A stretch of 64,000 bases of DNA, taken from contig CAVESC010000002.1 of NCBI GenBank assembly GCA_963618275.1, positions 531-64,530 on the forward strand, written 5' to 3'. The DNA is from Bacteroidaceae bacterium (lineage in GTDB: Bacteria; Bacillota_I; Bacilli_A; Erysipelotrichales; Coprobacillaceae). Position 1 is the stretch's first letter, and every line of letters starts with the position of its first letter. The position numbers and the translations under genes were made by a program. The notes beneath the pieces were generated by a model. The model did not search any database. It had not been told where the DNA came from and saw only the letters and a list, made by a program, of their open reading frames with translations. Of this stretch, positions 43,271-55,270 are shown piece after piece.

Positions 43271-43435
43271 ATGAATAAAAAATTGATAATTGATATTTAT
43301 AATCAAGAAGTTGAAAAAGAAAGTATTCAATATGAAGATAAGGTAAAATATAAAGCATCACTTGTAAAGAAAGGAAAATCTAAAGATTATAATGAAGATG
43401 AATTTCTTGATTTATTAAAAAAAGAAAGATTATAG
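43271..43435 (+). CDS. Small hypothetical protein (54 aa)
   Basis: MNKKLIIDIYNQEVEKES...YNEDEFLDLLKKERL*; GAGGG upstream, hairpin downstream. Confidence 0.5.
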   Translation: MNKKLIIDIYNQEVEKESIQYEDKVKYKASLVKKGKSKDYNEDEFLDLLKKERL

Positions 43436-43474
43436 ATAAAAAAATGGAGCTATACGAATTTCGTATAACTCCTA

Positions 43475-43852
43475 TTATTTTGAATAATGAATATGCATTA
43501 ATTTCCATTGATTGTTTTCTTTAATGACTATTTGTGTTTCTAAACCTTTGATACCATAAAGTTCATGTGTATCTCTACGAATACATTCTGTATGATATTT
43601 AAATACGACAATTGCTTTATTATCATCAATCATACGAATATCAATATTTTCAACTACTAAATCAATCGATTCATAATGTTTTTGGATACCTCCAATTAAA
43701 AAATCTTGATAGATAGCATCTGTTCCATTGAATTGATTCGTAATAGAAATCAAGATGTTTTCTTTTGAAGACCATAATGCTTTAAATTCTTCTTCATTTT
43801 GCGTGTGTACAGCTTTTGCATAGTTATAAACGAGTTGTTTGATTTCTTCCAT
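43475..43852 (-). CDS. NTF2/SnoaL-like protein
   Basis: Short alpha+beta protein ending WKLMHIHYS; AAAGGAG RBS. Confidence 0.8.
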   Translation of the reverse strand: MEEIKQLVYNYAKAVHTQNEEEFKALWSSKENILISITNQFNGTDAIYQDFLIGGIQKHYESIDLVVENIDIRMIDDNKAIVVFKYHTECIRRDTHELYGIKGLETQIVIKENNQWKLMHIHYSK

Positions 43853-43966
43853 AGTTAGCTCCTTTAATAAATTTGTACATGTTTCTAGTTTTATGATACA
43901 CTAAATGCGATAAATTGTGTGTTTTAAGTATAGATTTCTATACTTTTTTTATAGAGGGGAAAGAAT

Positions 43967-46048
43967 ATGAGAAAAAGAATCTTTGGTGTTTTACAAAGAA
44001 TAGGGCGTAGTTTTATGTTACCTATTGCTGTTTTACCCATTGCGGGGATGTTTTTAGGAATTGGAAGTTCACTTACCAATGAAGCAACGATTGCTTCACT
44101 TGGTATGGAAAGTATTTTAGGAAATGGAACTGTTTTAAATCAAATATTGACGTTATTAATGGCAGTTGGACAAACTATTTTTGATAATCTACCTTTAATT
44201 TTTGCAGCTTCTGTAGCTTTAGGAATGGCTAAGAAATCAAAAGAAGTTGCGGTTTTATCTTCGATTATTGCTTTTTTTGTCATGCATTCAACAATTCATA
44301 GTTTACTTACTTTTAATGGTGTGATTGCTGGTAATAAAGTTTTAGTTGATGTGGTAGAAGGAACTCTGACAAATGTTTGTGGACAAATGTCTTTGCAGAT
44401 GGGAGTATTTGGGGGAATTATTGTTGGTTTAGGTGTGAGTTATTTACATAACCGTTTTTATCAAATTCAATTACCTGATTTTTTATCTTTCTTTGAAGGA
44501 GAAAGATTTGTTCCAATTATTTCAACGATTGTTTATATTTTTATTGGTTTTTTAATGTTTTATATTTGGCCTAGTATTCAATCAGGTATTTTTAAGTTTG
44601 GACAATTGATTGCTAGTAGTGGTTATGGGGGAACATTTATTTATGGAATTGTTAAAAGAGCCCTGGTGCCTTTTGGTTTACATCATGTTTTCTATATGCC
44701 TTTTTATCAAACAGCTATTGGCGGATCTATGGAAGTTAATGGTGTCTTAGTTAATGGTGCTCAAAATATTTTCTTTGCTCAATTAGCTGATCCAAATTTA
44801 AAACATTTCAGTGTTGAAGCAACAAAATATTTCTCTGGTGAATTTATGATTATGATTTTTGGTTTACCAGGTGCTGCTTTAGCGATGTATCAATGTGCTA
44901 AAGATGAATCAAAAAAAGTTGTAAGAAGTCTCTTTTTATCAGCTGCCCTTACCAGTATTTTAACAGGAATTACTGAACCGATTGAATTTGCTTTTATCTT
45001 TGTCGCTCCTATGTTATTTGTAGTAGATGTTTTTTTAGCGGGAACTGCTTTTGTTTTAGCCCATGTTTTAAAAGTAACGATTGGCTTTACTTTTTCATGT
45101 GGTTTGATTGATTTCCTTGTTTTTGGGGTATTGCAAGGTAATAGTAAGACTCATTGGATTTTTATTGTTGTTTTTGGAATTATGTATTTCTTCTTGTATT
45201 ATTTTTCATTTAGTTTTTTAATTAAGAAATTTGATTTAAAAACACCAGGAAGAGAAGATAATAATAAATTAACGATTTTTAATAAAAAGAAAATGGATTA
45301 TTCTTTTGATCAATCTTTAATTGATCCTCAAGTACAAATGATTATTAAAGGATTAGGTGGTCGTCATAACTTCTATGAATTAGATTGTTGTATAACACGA
45401 TTACGTGCTTCTTTACAAGAACCTGAATTAGTAAATGAAGCTTCTTTAAAACAAGCAGGGGCTGCTGCTGTATTATTACAAGGAAATGCAATTCAAATCA
45501 TTTTTGGGCCTAAAGCTTCTTCTTTAAAAACAAAAATCGATGATTATCTTGATAATGTTCCTGAAGCTTATGATGAAGAAAAAACAATTGTTTATCATAC
45601 AACAGATTTAGAAATTGGAAATATTGTTGATGGGGAAGTTTTACCAATTGAAGATTGTAGTGATGATATCTTTGCCCATAAACTTTTAGGGGATGGTTTA
45701 ATGATTCGTCCTCTCCATGGTTTAATAGTTGCTCCATGCGATGGAACGATTTCTATGATTTATCCTACTAAACATGCTATAGGTATTGAATTAGAGAATG
45801 GAATGGAGATTTTAATTCATTTTGGTATCAATACCGTAAAATTAAATGGACAAGGGTTTGAACTTCTTGTTAAAATGAATCAGAAGGTTAAAAAAGGGGA
45901 CTTGTTATGGAATGCAGATTTGCATTATATCAAAGAGAACGCAGTAGATGATTGTCTTTTAATGATTGTAACTAAAGGCCAAGGAACTCTAGAAAAGATC
46001 TATGGAAATAAAAAAAGTGGCGAAACAGTTTTAAAAATAAGAAAGTAG
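43967..46048 (+). CDS. ptsG: PTS glucose-family EIICBA
   Basis: LQRIGRSFMLPIAVLP, PFGLHH, TGITEPIEF, KTPGRE linker, DCCITRLR (EIIB), TKHA/LIHFG (EIIA); substrate not certain. Confidence 0.85.
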   Translation: MRKRIFGVLQRIGRSFMLPIAVLPIAGMFLGIGSSLTNEATIASLGMESILGNGTVLNQILTLLMAVGQTIFDNLPLIFAASVALGMAKKSKEVAVLSSIIAFFVMHSTIHSLLTFNGVIAGNKVLVDVVEGTLTNVCGQMSLQMGVFGGIIVGLGVSYLHNRFYQIQLPDFLSFFEGERFVPIISTIVYIFIGFLMFYIWPSIQSGIFKFGQLIASSGYGGTFIYGIVKRALVPFGLHHVFYMPFYQTAIGGSMEVNGVLVNGAQNIFFAQLADPNLKHFSVEATKYFSGEFMIMIFGLPGAALAMYQCAKDESKKVVRSLFLSAALTSILTGITEPIEFAFIFVAPMLFVVDVFLAGTAFVLAHVLKVTIGFTFSCGLIDFLVFGVLQGNSKTHWIFIVVFGIMYFFLYYFSFSFLIKKFDLKTPGREDNNKLTIFNKKKMDYSFDQSLIDPQVQMIIKGLGGRHNFYELDCCITRLRASLQEPELVNEASLKQAGAAAVLLQGNAIQIIFGPKASSLKTKIDDYLDNVPEAYDEEKTIVYHTTDLEIGNIVDGEVLPIEDCSDDIFAHKLLGDGLMIRPLHGLIVAPCDGTISMIYPTKHAIGIELENGMEILIHFGINTVKLNGQGFELLVKMNQKVKKGDLLWNADLHYIKENAVDDCLLMIVTKGQGTLEKIYGNKKSGETVLKIRK

Positions 46049-46891
46049 GTGAACAAAATGTATCAAGTCTTAAAAGTATTAAATAATAATACTATCCTAG
46101 CTAAAGAAGATAATAATGAAATTATTATTATGGCTAAAGGGATTGGTTTTGGTAAAAAAGTAAATGATCATTTTGAAATTCCACCTCAAGCTAAAAAATA
46201 TATGATGCAAAAAAACTATCAAGCGAAAGATAAGTTAAAGAAAGTTATTGATTATATTAATCCAGTTTATTTAGAAATTGCAGCTGAAATCATTAAAGAA
46301 GCAACTAATAAATTTCAAGAAGTTAATCATGATATTCTTGTTCCACTTGCTGATCATATTTATTTTGCTATCAAACGTATGGATGAAAATATCATGCCTA
46401 ATAATCCGTTTACTTACGATATACGACTTCTTTTCCCTGATGAATATGAAGTTGCTTTAAAATCAAAAGAAATCATTCAATCTTTTATCAATAAAAAAAT
46501 CAATAATGATGAAGTAGGTTTTATTACTTTACATATCCACTCTGCTATTTCTTCTAATAAAGTAGGAGAATCGATGGAAGCAGCACGTGTTGTTCATGAA
46601 AGTATTATTAAATTACAAACAGATTTAAATATGAAAATTGATGTTGAATCGATTTCTTATGCCCGTTTAATGAATCATATTAAATTCTTAATTATTCGTT
46701 TAAATACTAATGAACAACTACAAATGGATATTAGTGAATTTACCAAAGATAAATTTCCTTTTGCCTATGAACAAGCAGTAAGAATGTGTGATGATTTATC
46801 AAAGGTACTTCATAAAGAATTACCAGAGTCTGAAGTTGGTTATTTGGCTTTACATTTAGAAAGAATTTTATCAAGTGCTTTTCAAAATTAG
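46049..46891 (+). CDS. BglG/GlcT family PRD antiterminator
   Basis: KVLNNN...KGIGF CAT domain; LADHI, ITLHIH, RLMNH, YLALH PRD histidines. Confidence 0.92.
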   Translation: MNKMYQVLKVLNNNTILAKEDNNEIIIMAKGIGFGKKVNDHFEIPPQAKKYMMQKNYQAKDKLKKVIDYINPVYLEIAAEIIKEATNKFQEVNHDILVPLADHIYFAIKRMDENIMPNNPFTYDIRLLFPDEYEVALKSKEIIQSFINKKINNDEVGFITLHIHSAISSNKVGESMEAARVVHESIIKLQTDLNMKIDVESISYARLMNHIKFLIIRLNTNEQLQMDISEFTKDKFPFAYEQAVRMCDDLSKVLHKELPESEVGYLALHLERILSSAFQN

Positions 46892-47011
46892 GAGGAAACT
46901 CCTTTTTTTTATTTATTGATAAATTGTGATTGTTTTATATTAAATTTTATTCTTTTCATTGTTTTTTGGATAATAAAAACAATGAAAGAACATAAAAATG
47001 TAAAAAAATGA

Positions 47012-47040
47012 TTGACGCTTACATTTGAGGATGTTAGTAT
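47012..47040 (+). promoter_or_regulatory. SigA promoter of the mannose-class PTS operon
   Basis: TTGACG, 17 bp spacer, TAGTAT with TGn extension; a cre-like GACGCTTACA overlaps the -35. Confidence 0.7.
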
Positions 47041-47068
47041 ATCACTGTAATTAAATTGAATATTCAAT

Positions 47069-47157
47069 AGTGTGTAACTTTAAGTAGGCATTAACTATTT
47101 TAAAAAAGAGCAATAGCTTTATTGTATCTTCTTTTAAATAGTTGGCCTACTTTTTTT
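47069..47157 (+). promoter_or_regulatory. RAT-like antiterminator site overlapping a leader terminator
   Basis: GTGTGTAACT-TTAAGT-AGGCATTAAC overlaps the stem AGTAGGC.TTAACTATTT...AAATAGTTGGCCTACT followed by T7. Confidence 0.7.
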
Positions 47158-47193
47158 GTTATTCAATGTTAATTAGAGAGAGGGAGGAAAATT

Positions 47194-48186
47194 ATGGTAG
47201 GAATTATTCTTGCAAGTCATGGTGAATTCGCTAATGGAATTTTACAATCTGGTTCTATGATTTTCGGTGAACAAAAAGATGTAAAAGCTGTGACTTTACA
47301 ACCAAGTGAAGGTCCTGATGATTTAAGAGCAAAAATGGAAGAAGCTATTTCCACTTTTGAAAATCAAGACGAAGTTCTTTTCTTAGTTGATTTATGGAGT
47401 GGTACTCCTTTCAACCAAGCAAACTTATTACTTAACGGTCATGAAGATCATTGGGCAATCGTTACTGGGTTAAATTTACCAATGCTTATTGAAGCATATG
47501 CAATGCGTATGTCTACTGACAGCGCACATGAAATCGCAACTCATATCTGTGAAGTTGCTAGAGACGGAGTTAACATTCGTCCAGAAGAATTAGAACCTAA
47601 AAAGGAAGAAGCAGTAAAAGCTGAAAAACCAGCACCTGCTGGAGCTATTCCTGAAGGAACTGTTCTTGGAGATGGACATATTAAATATGTTTTAGCTCGT
47701 GTTGATACGCGTTTATTACATGGTCAAGTAGCAACTACTTGGACAAAATCAACTCAACCAACTCGTATCATTGTTGTATCTGATGCTGTTTCTAAAGATG
47801 CATTACGTAAACAAATGATTGAACAAGCTGCGCCACCAGGTGTTAAAGCAAACGTTGTACCAATCAAAAAGATGATCGAAGTCGCTAAAGATCCTCGTTT
47901 TGGTGCTACTAAAGCTTTATTGTTATTTGAAACTCCTCAAGATGCTTTAAGAGCTATTGAAGGTGGAGTTGATATTAAAGAATTAAATATTGGTTCTATG
48001 GCTCACTCAGTTGGTAAAGTGGTTGTTAATAAAGCCATTGCTATGGATCAAAATGATGTTGAAACTTTAGAAAAATTAAAAGAAATGGGTATTACTTTCG
48101 ATGTTCGTAAAGTACCTGCTGATTCTAAAGAAAATATGGACAGTCTTCTTAAAAAAGCTAAGACTGAACTTCAAAATATGAAATAG
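47194..48186 (+). CDS. manX: PTS mannose-family EIIAB
   Basis: ILASHGEFA, DLWSGTPFN, RVDTRLLHGQV. Confidence 0.95.
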   Translation: MVGIILASHGEFANGILQSGSMIFGEQKDVKAVTLQPSEGPDDLRAKMEEAISTFENQDEVLFLVDLWSGTPFNQANLLLNGHEDHWAIVTGLNLPMLIEAYAMRMSTDSAHEIATHICEVARDGVNIRPEELEPKKEEAVKAEKPAPAGAIPEGTVLGDGHIKYVLARVDTRLLHGQVATTWTKSTQPTRIIVVSDAVSKDALRKQMIEQAAPPGVKANVVPIKKMIEVAKDPRFGATKALLLFETPQDALRAIEGGVDIKELNIGSMAHSVGKVVVNKAIAMDQNDVETLEKLKEMGITFDVRKVPADSKENMDSLLKKAKTELQNMK

Positions 48187-48198
48187 GGGGAAAATTTA

Positions 48199-49014
48199 AT
48201 GTCTGCAATTACTATTATGTTAATTATTTTAGTAGCATTATTAGCAGGTATGGAAGGGATCTTAGATGAGTTCCAATTCCATCAACCACTAGTAGCGTGT
48301 ACTTTAATTGGTTTAGTTTCAGGACATCTAAGTGAAGGTATTATCTTAGGTGGTTCTTTACAAATGATTGCCTTAGGATGGGCAAACGTTGGTGCTGCTG
48401 TTGCTCCAGATGCTGCTTTAGCTTCTGTTGCTTCTGCAATTATCATGGTTTTAGGTTTAAATGGTGGTACTGTTAATACACAAACAGCTATCTCTACTTC
48501 AATCGCTGTTGCTGTACCTTTATCAGTAGCTGGTTTATTCTTAACTATGATCTGTCGTACAATCGCTATCCCATTAGTTCACTTAATGGATAGTGCTGCT
48601 GAAAAAGGTGATTACCGCAAAATTGAAATTTATCAAATTTTAGGTATCTTATTACAAGGTGTCAGAATCGCAATTCCTGCTGCTGCATTATGTGTTGTTC
48701 CTGCTGAAGCAGTAACTAATGTTTTAAATCAAATGCCTGCTTGGTTATCAGGTGGTATGACTGTTGGTGGTGGAATGGTTGCCGCTGTAGGTTATGCAAT
48801 GGTTATTAACATGATGTCAACTAAAGAAACTTGGCCATTCTTTGCTATTGGTTTTGTATTAGCTGCATTAAGTGAATTAACATTAATCGCTTTAGGTGCT
48901 TTAGGTGTTGCTATTGCTTTAATTTACTTAGGATTAAAAGAAAACGGTGGTTCTGGTAATGGTGGTTCTACTGGTTCTGGTGATCCATTAGGTGATATTT
49001 TAAATGACTATTAA
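48199..49014 (+). CDS. manY: PTS mannose-family EIIC
   Basis: QFHQPLVACTLIG, WANVGAAVAPD. Confidence 0.95.
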   Translation: MSAITIMLIILVALLAGMEGILDEFQFHQPLVACTLIGLVSGHLSEGIILGGSLQMIALGWANVGAAVAPDAALASVASAIIMVLGLNGGTVNTQTAISTSIAVAVPLSVAGLFLTMICRTIAIPLVHLMDSAAEKGDYRKIEIYQILGILLQGVRIAIPAAALCVVPAEAVTNVLNQMPAWLSGGMTVGGGMVAAVGYAMVINMMSTKETWPFFAIGFVLAALSELTLIALGALGVAIALIYLGLKENGGSGNGGSTGSGDPLGDILNDY

Positions 49015-49034
49015 TCTTGAAGGAGGAAAGAAAT

Positions 49035-49952
49035 ATGGCAGAAAAAATTCAATTAAGTAAAAAAGATCGTTTATCAGTTGCTTGGCGTCATCAGTTCCTT
49101 CAAGGATCATGGAACTATGAACGTATGCAAAATGGTGGTTGGTGTTATTCAATTATCCCAGCTATCAAAAAATTATACAAAGATCCACAAGATAGAGCAG
49201 ACGCTTTAAAAAGACATCTAGAATTCTATAATACACATCCTTATGTTTCAGCTCCAGTTATGGGTGTTACATTAGCCTTAGAAGAAGAAAGAGCTAATGG
49301 TGCTGAAATCAATGACCAAGCTATTCAAGGGGTTAAAGTTGGTATGATGGGACCTCTTGCTGGGGTTGGAGATCCAGTATTCTGGTTCACTTTAAGACCA
49401 ATCTTAGGTGCTTTAGGTGCTTCACTTGCTTTAGGTGGAAGTATTGTTGGTCCATTATTATTCTTCTTTGCTTGGAATATTATTCGTATGGCATTTATTT
49501 GGTATACTCAAGAATTTGGATATAAAGTTGGTACTTCTATCGCACAAGATTTATCTGGTGGTTTATTAGGTAAAATTACTCAAGGTGCTTCTATTTTAGG
49601 TATGTTCATTATCGGTTCTTTAGTTCAACGTTGGGTAAGTATTTCATTTACTCCTGTTGTTTCTAGAGTTACTCAATCTGAAGGTGCTTATATTGATTGG
49701 AGTCAAATCAAAGGTGGAGCTGAAGGTATTAAATCAGCATTAACTCAATATGCTTCACTTGGAGCTACTGGATTAGATAAAGTTAAAGTTACAACTTTAC
49801 AACAAAACTTAGATCAATTAATTCCTGGTCTTGCAGCATTATTACTTACATTACTTTGCTGCTGGTTATTAAAGAAAAAAGTATCTCCAATTGTAATTAT
49901 CATCGCTTTATTCGCTGTTGGTATTATTGCTCGTTTAATTGGAATTATGTAA
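49035..49952 (+). CDS. manZ: PTS mannose-family EIID
   Basis: WNYERMQNGG, FYNTHP, MMGPLAGVGDP; AGGAGG RBS before ATG 49035. Confidence 0.95.
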   Translation: MAEKIQLSKKDRLSVAWRHQFLQGSWNYERMQNGGWCYSIIPAIKKLYKDPQDRADALKRHLEFYNTHPYVSAPVMGVTLALEEERANGAEINDQAIQGVKVGMMGPLAGVGDPVFWFTLRPILGALGASLALGGSIVGPLLFFFAWNIIRMAFIWYTQEFGYKVGTSIAQDLSGGLLGKITQGASILGMFIIGSLVQRWVSISFTPVVSRVTQSEGAYIDWSQIKGGAEGIKSALTQYASLGATGLDKVKVTTLQQNLDQLIPGLAALLLTLLCCWLLKKKVSPIVIIIALFAVGIIARLIGIM

Positions 49953-49983
49953 TTTAAAATCTCAATATTTATGGAGGGAATAT

Positions 49984-50358
49984 ATGGTACAATCATTAAA
50001 TAAAAAAGTCGATTTAACAATTAACGCTACTTCTTATTTAGGAATGGCAAATTATGGTAAAGTAATGGTCGGGGATGAAGCCTTTGAATATTATAATGAT
50101 AAAAACGTCAATGATTATATTCAAATTCCTTGGTCTGAAGTAACAGGAATCATGGCAAGTGTCATGTTTAAAGGAAAATGGATTCCTCGATTTGCAGTTG
50201 TTACTAAAAATAATGGAAACTTTATCTTTTCAACAAGAGATAATAAGAAGACATTAAGAGCTGTTAGAAATTATGTTGATCCAAATAATATGGTTCGTTC
50301 TCTTAGTTTCTTCCAAGTTATCTCACGTGGTTTAAAATCATTATTCAAACGTAAATAA
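49984..50358 (+). CDS. manO: DUF956 / ManO-like protein
   Basis: MVQSLNKKVDL...YGKVMVGD.AFEYY...IQIPW...WIPRF, last gene of the man operon. Confidence 0.85.
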   Translation: MVQSLNKKVDLTINATSYLGMANYGKVMVGDEAFEYYNDKNVNDYIQIPWSEVTGIMASVMFKGKWIPRFAVVTKNNGNFIFSTRDNKKTLRAVRNYVDPNNMVRSLSFFQVISRGLKSLFKRK

Positions 50359-50416
50359 ATATTGAGTAGAGGAGCTTCATTGCTCCTTTTTTTGTTATAA
50401 TAAATTAGGTGATATT

Positions 50417-51277
50417 ATGGATCTAAATAAAATACATTATTTCTTTAAAGCAGTTGAATATAAAAACTTTACGCAAGCAGCTGCTTCTTGTCATATTGGA
50501 CAAACAACCATGTCTAAATATATTGCTGTCTTAGAACAAGAACTTCAAACACAGCTATTTATAAGAGAACATCGAACATTAACGCTTACTCAACAAGGAA
50601 AACAATTCTATGAAGGTATGAAAGACATTTATGCCTCTTATCAAACCTTATGTCAAAATATTCAACAAAACAATACTTTACATATAGGGATGAAAACAAC
50701 AGATTTTACAGACTTTGAAATACTTGAAAGCTTTGAAAAGAAATATCCACATCTTTCTATTTCTTATTCTTATCTTGATGAAAATGAATTGATTGAAGGT
50801 TTAAAAGCCCATCAACTTGATGCTTTAATTACTCCAAGTATGCTTTCTTTTTATAAAAACAAGCAAATTGAAACAACAACTTTATCTAAAGGTAAAGTTT
50901 CTCTTGTTTGTTCAAAAGAACTCATCAAGCAATATCAGACAATAGAAAAGGTGATTGAAGCTGTACCCTTTATCACCAAAACTCAAGATCAAAATTATCA
51001 TCAATTATGTAAAGATGAACTTTATAAACTTTATCATGCTTCTTTTAAACAAGTAGAATACGTCAAAGAATTTCCTAAACAACTTCTTTTACTTAATTTA
51101 TCTAGAGGTTTTTCAATCCTTCCTACAAAGGAAATAGGAAACAAGGAACAATTCTATTTAGAAGATATTAGTAATGTCTTTAGTGACTATGAAAAAATCA
51201 ATCTTGTTTATTTAAAACAAAATAAATCAGAAAACTTAAATTTATTATTACAACATATCCATGAAAAAAAGTGCTAG
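50417..51277 (+). CDS. LysR family transcriptional regulator
   Basis: NFTQAAASCHIGQTTMSKYIAVLEQEL. Confidence 0.9.
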   Translation: MDLNKIHYFFKAVEYKNFTQAAASCHIGQTTMSKYIAVLEQELQTQLFIREHRTLTLTQQGKQFYEGMKDIYASYQTLCQNIQQNNTLHIGMKTTDFTDFEILESFEKKYPHLSISYSYLDENELIEGLKAHQLDALITPSMLSFYKNKQIETTTLSKGKVSLVCSKELIKQYQTIEKVIEAVPFITKTQDQNYHQLCKDELYKLYHASFKQVEYVKEFPKQLLLLNLSRGFSILPTKEIGNKEQFYLEDISNVFSDYEKINLVYLKQNKSENLNLLLQHIHEKKC

Positions 51278-51346
51278 ATCAAGCATTTTTTTTCGTTTTA
51301 TCTTTTATGTATTATCCTATATAATACAAAGCAAGGAGTTGATGTT

Positions 51347-52681
51347 ATGCAAAAAGATTTAACAAAAGGCAGTGCCTTAAAAAATATTATTACATTTTCA
51401 TTACCATTTTTATTAGCTAATTTCTTACAGACATTCTATGGTATGGCAGATTTATTTATTGTTGGTCAATACAATGGAGCTGCTTCTCTATCAGGTGTTT
51501 CTATAGGAAGCCAAGTTATGCATATGATTACTGTCATGCTTGTAGGAATTGCAATGGGTTCAACGGTCATGATTGGTCGTTATGTAGGTGAGAAAAAAGA
51601 AGAAGAAAAAAGATTAACTGTAGGAAATACAATCATTATTTTTATGATTTTATCTCTGATCGTTACTTTGATCTTATTATTTTTTATTAATTCGATTGTT
51701 TCAATCATGTCTACACCTGTAGAAGCAATTCAAGAAACAACCTTATATTTAAAAATATGTTTTATCGGAATTCCTTTTATTACTGCTTATAATATTATTA
51801 GTTCTATCTTTAGAGGATTAGGTGATTCTAAAAGCCCTATGTATTTTGTAGCAGTTGCTTGTTTCTTTAATATCGTCTTAGATTTTATTTTCATTGGTTA
51901 TTTTAATATGCATGCAGTGGGTGCCGCATTTGGGACAGTGATTTCACAACTTATTAGTGTTATTGTTGCATTATTTGCGATTATAAAGAAAAAACTTATT
52001 GTCATTCATAGACAACATTTTAAATTACATAAAAAGATTATTACCGATATCTTTAAAATAGGTTTTCCTATTTCTATGCAAGATGGTTTGATTCAAATTT
52101 CTTTTATCATTATTACCATTATCGCCAATAGCCGTGGTGTGGATATTGCGGCAGCAGTTGGTGTCGTAGAAAAAATCATTAGCTTTTTATTCTTAGTACC
52201 ATCAAGTATGTTATCGGCTATTTCGGCTATCTGCGCTCAATGTGTGGGAACAAAGCAACATCAAAGAGCAAGACAAACTTTACGCTATGGATGTTTTATT
52301 GCTTTAGGTTTTGGAGTTTTCTTTGCAATTACTTGTCAATTTATTTCTAAAGAAATTCTTTCATTATTTACAAGTGAAGCAGCTGTTATTATGTATGGTA
52401 GTCAATATTTAAAAGGATATGTTTTAGATTGTGTCTTTGCTTCTATTCATTTTTGTTTTAGTGGATTCTTTACAGCTTATGGTTATTCCATTATTTCCTT
52501 TATTCATAATGTAATTTCTATTGCCCTTATAAGAGTTCCAGGAGCTTATATTACTTCTAAGCTTTTCCCTAAAACATTGTTACCTATGGGACTTACACCA
52601 GCTCTAGGTTCTATTTTATCTGCACTTATTTGTGTGAGTATATTTATTATTATGAAGAAAAAGAATAAATTTGATTTTTAA
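51347..52681 (+). CDS. MATE family efflux transporter
   Basis: DLTKG, LQTFYGMADL, RGLGDSKSP. Confidence 0.92.
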   Translation: MQKDLTKGSALKNIITFSLPFLLANFLQTFYGMADLFIVGQYNGAASLSGVSIGSQVMHMITVMLVGIAMGSTVMIGRYVGEKKEEEKRLTVGNTIIIFMILSLIVTLILLFFINSIVSIMSTPVEAIQETTLYLKICFIGIPFITAYNIISSIFRGLGDSKSPMYFVAVACFFNIVLDFIFIGYFNMHAVGAAFGTVISQLISVIVALFAIIKKKLIVIHRQHFKLHKKIITDIFKIGFPISMQDGLIQISFIIITIIANSRGVDIAAAVGVVEKIISFLFLVPSSMLSAISAICAQCVGTKQHQRARQTLRYGCFIALGFGVFFAITCQFISKEILSLFTSEAAVIMYGSQYLKGYVLDCVFASIHFCFSGFFTAYGYSIISFIHNVISIALIRVPGAYITSKLFPKTLLPMGLTPALGSILSALICVSIFIIMKKKNKFDF

Positions 52682-52705
52682 AACGCCATCCTAGGATGAC
52701 GTTTT

Positions 52706-53596
52706 TTATTCAAACTTAAATGAAAGAATCCCCATATAATCATTCTTTAAATCTATACCATTCTTTTCTATTTCTTCTATAGGAATTGTTGAAACACCAT
52801 CTTTTCCATAAAATAAAGCTATCAACATTTGTTCATTACCATATCTAATTGATGTTTTTTCTTCAATCTTTTCTATTGACCATACATTAAAATCTTTAAT
52901 ACTTTCTATAAATGGAATTTGACTCGTATCATAATAACCACCATCATAAGCAACAACGATTTTCATAGATGATGCTTCTTGATTTAATGTAAGAGCTATA
53001 TTACCTTTATCTGTTCCTTGTGAAGGATTTATATAAAACTTACAAACTTCTTTATGAGATATTTTCTTACCTTTTTGATATTCTGTTAAATACATTGAGA
53101 TTGAATCAAATTTTTTATTGGTATCATAATGAAATAACATAATATCCCCATGATGCTCTGCTAATAATTCTACAGTTTTCATTTCTGTACTTTCTTCTAA
53201 AAAGGGTTCTATATAATTTTGTGATTTGTTTATTTCTTTAAATAGGAAGAAACTAAGTGTCATAAAAATAATTAATACACAAAGTAATAAAGTAATGATT
53301 TTTTTTAAACTCTTTTGTTTCTTTTTATTATCTTTAGTAATTTGAATAATATTTTCTTCAGCCTTTTGTTCAACATTTCCTTCAACAATATCTTCTCCAG
53401 CTAAAAACTCATTAATACTTATTCCTAATATTTTACATAATTCTAAATAGACTGTCACATCTGGTAAACAAATACCTCTTTCCCATTTAGATACAGATTT
53501 ATCAGACATATTCAATTTTTCAGCAAGTTGTTTTTGGGTCAAACCTAATGCTTTTCTTTTCCCTGCAATATATTTACCAATTTTAACAAGATCCAT
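52706..53596 (-). CDS. XRE-family HTH regulator with TM segment and C-terminal extracytoplasmic domain
   Basis: LTQKQLAEKLNMSDKSVSKWERGICLPD, then a hydrophobic stretch; AAGGAAGTGG before ATG 53596. Confidence 0.85.
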   Translation of the reverse strand: MDLVKIGKYIAGKRKALGLTQKQLAEKLNMSDKSVSKWERGICLPDVTVYLELCKILGISINEFLAGEDIVEGNVEQKAEENIIQITKDNKKKQKSLKKIITLLLCVLIIFMTLSFFLFKEINKSQNYIEPFLEESTEMKTVELLAEHHGDIMLFHYDTNKKFDSISMYLTEYQKGKKISHKEVCKFYINPSQGTDKGNIALTLNQEASSMKIVVAYDGGYYDTSQIPFIESIKDFNVWSIEKIEEKTSIRYGNEQMLIALFYGKDGVSTIPIEEIEKNGIDLKNDYMGILSFKFE

Positions 53597-53693
53597 ATAA
53601 CCACTTCCTTTATTCAAATCATATCATTTTATATAAAATACAACACCTCTTATAAGTAGAATTGAGGTATCTTTTTATATTTTGAAAAAATAA

Positions 53694-55238
<1,545 letters not shown>

Positions 55239-55270
55239 TTTAAAAGGAATCGCAAAGATTCCTTTTTTTA

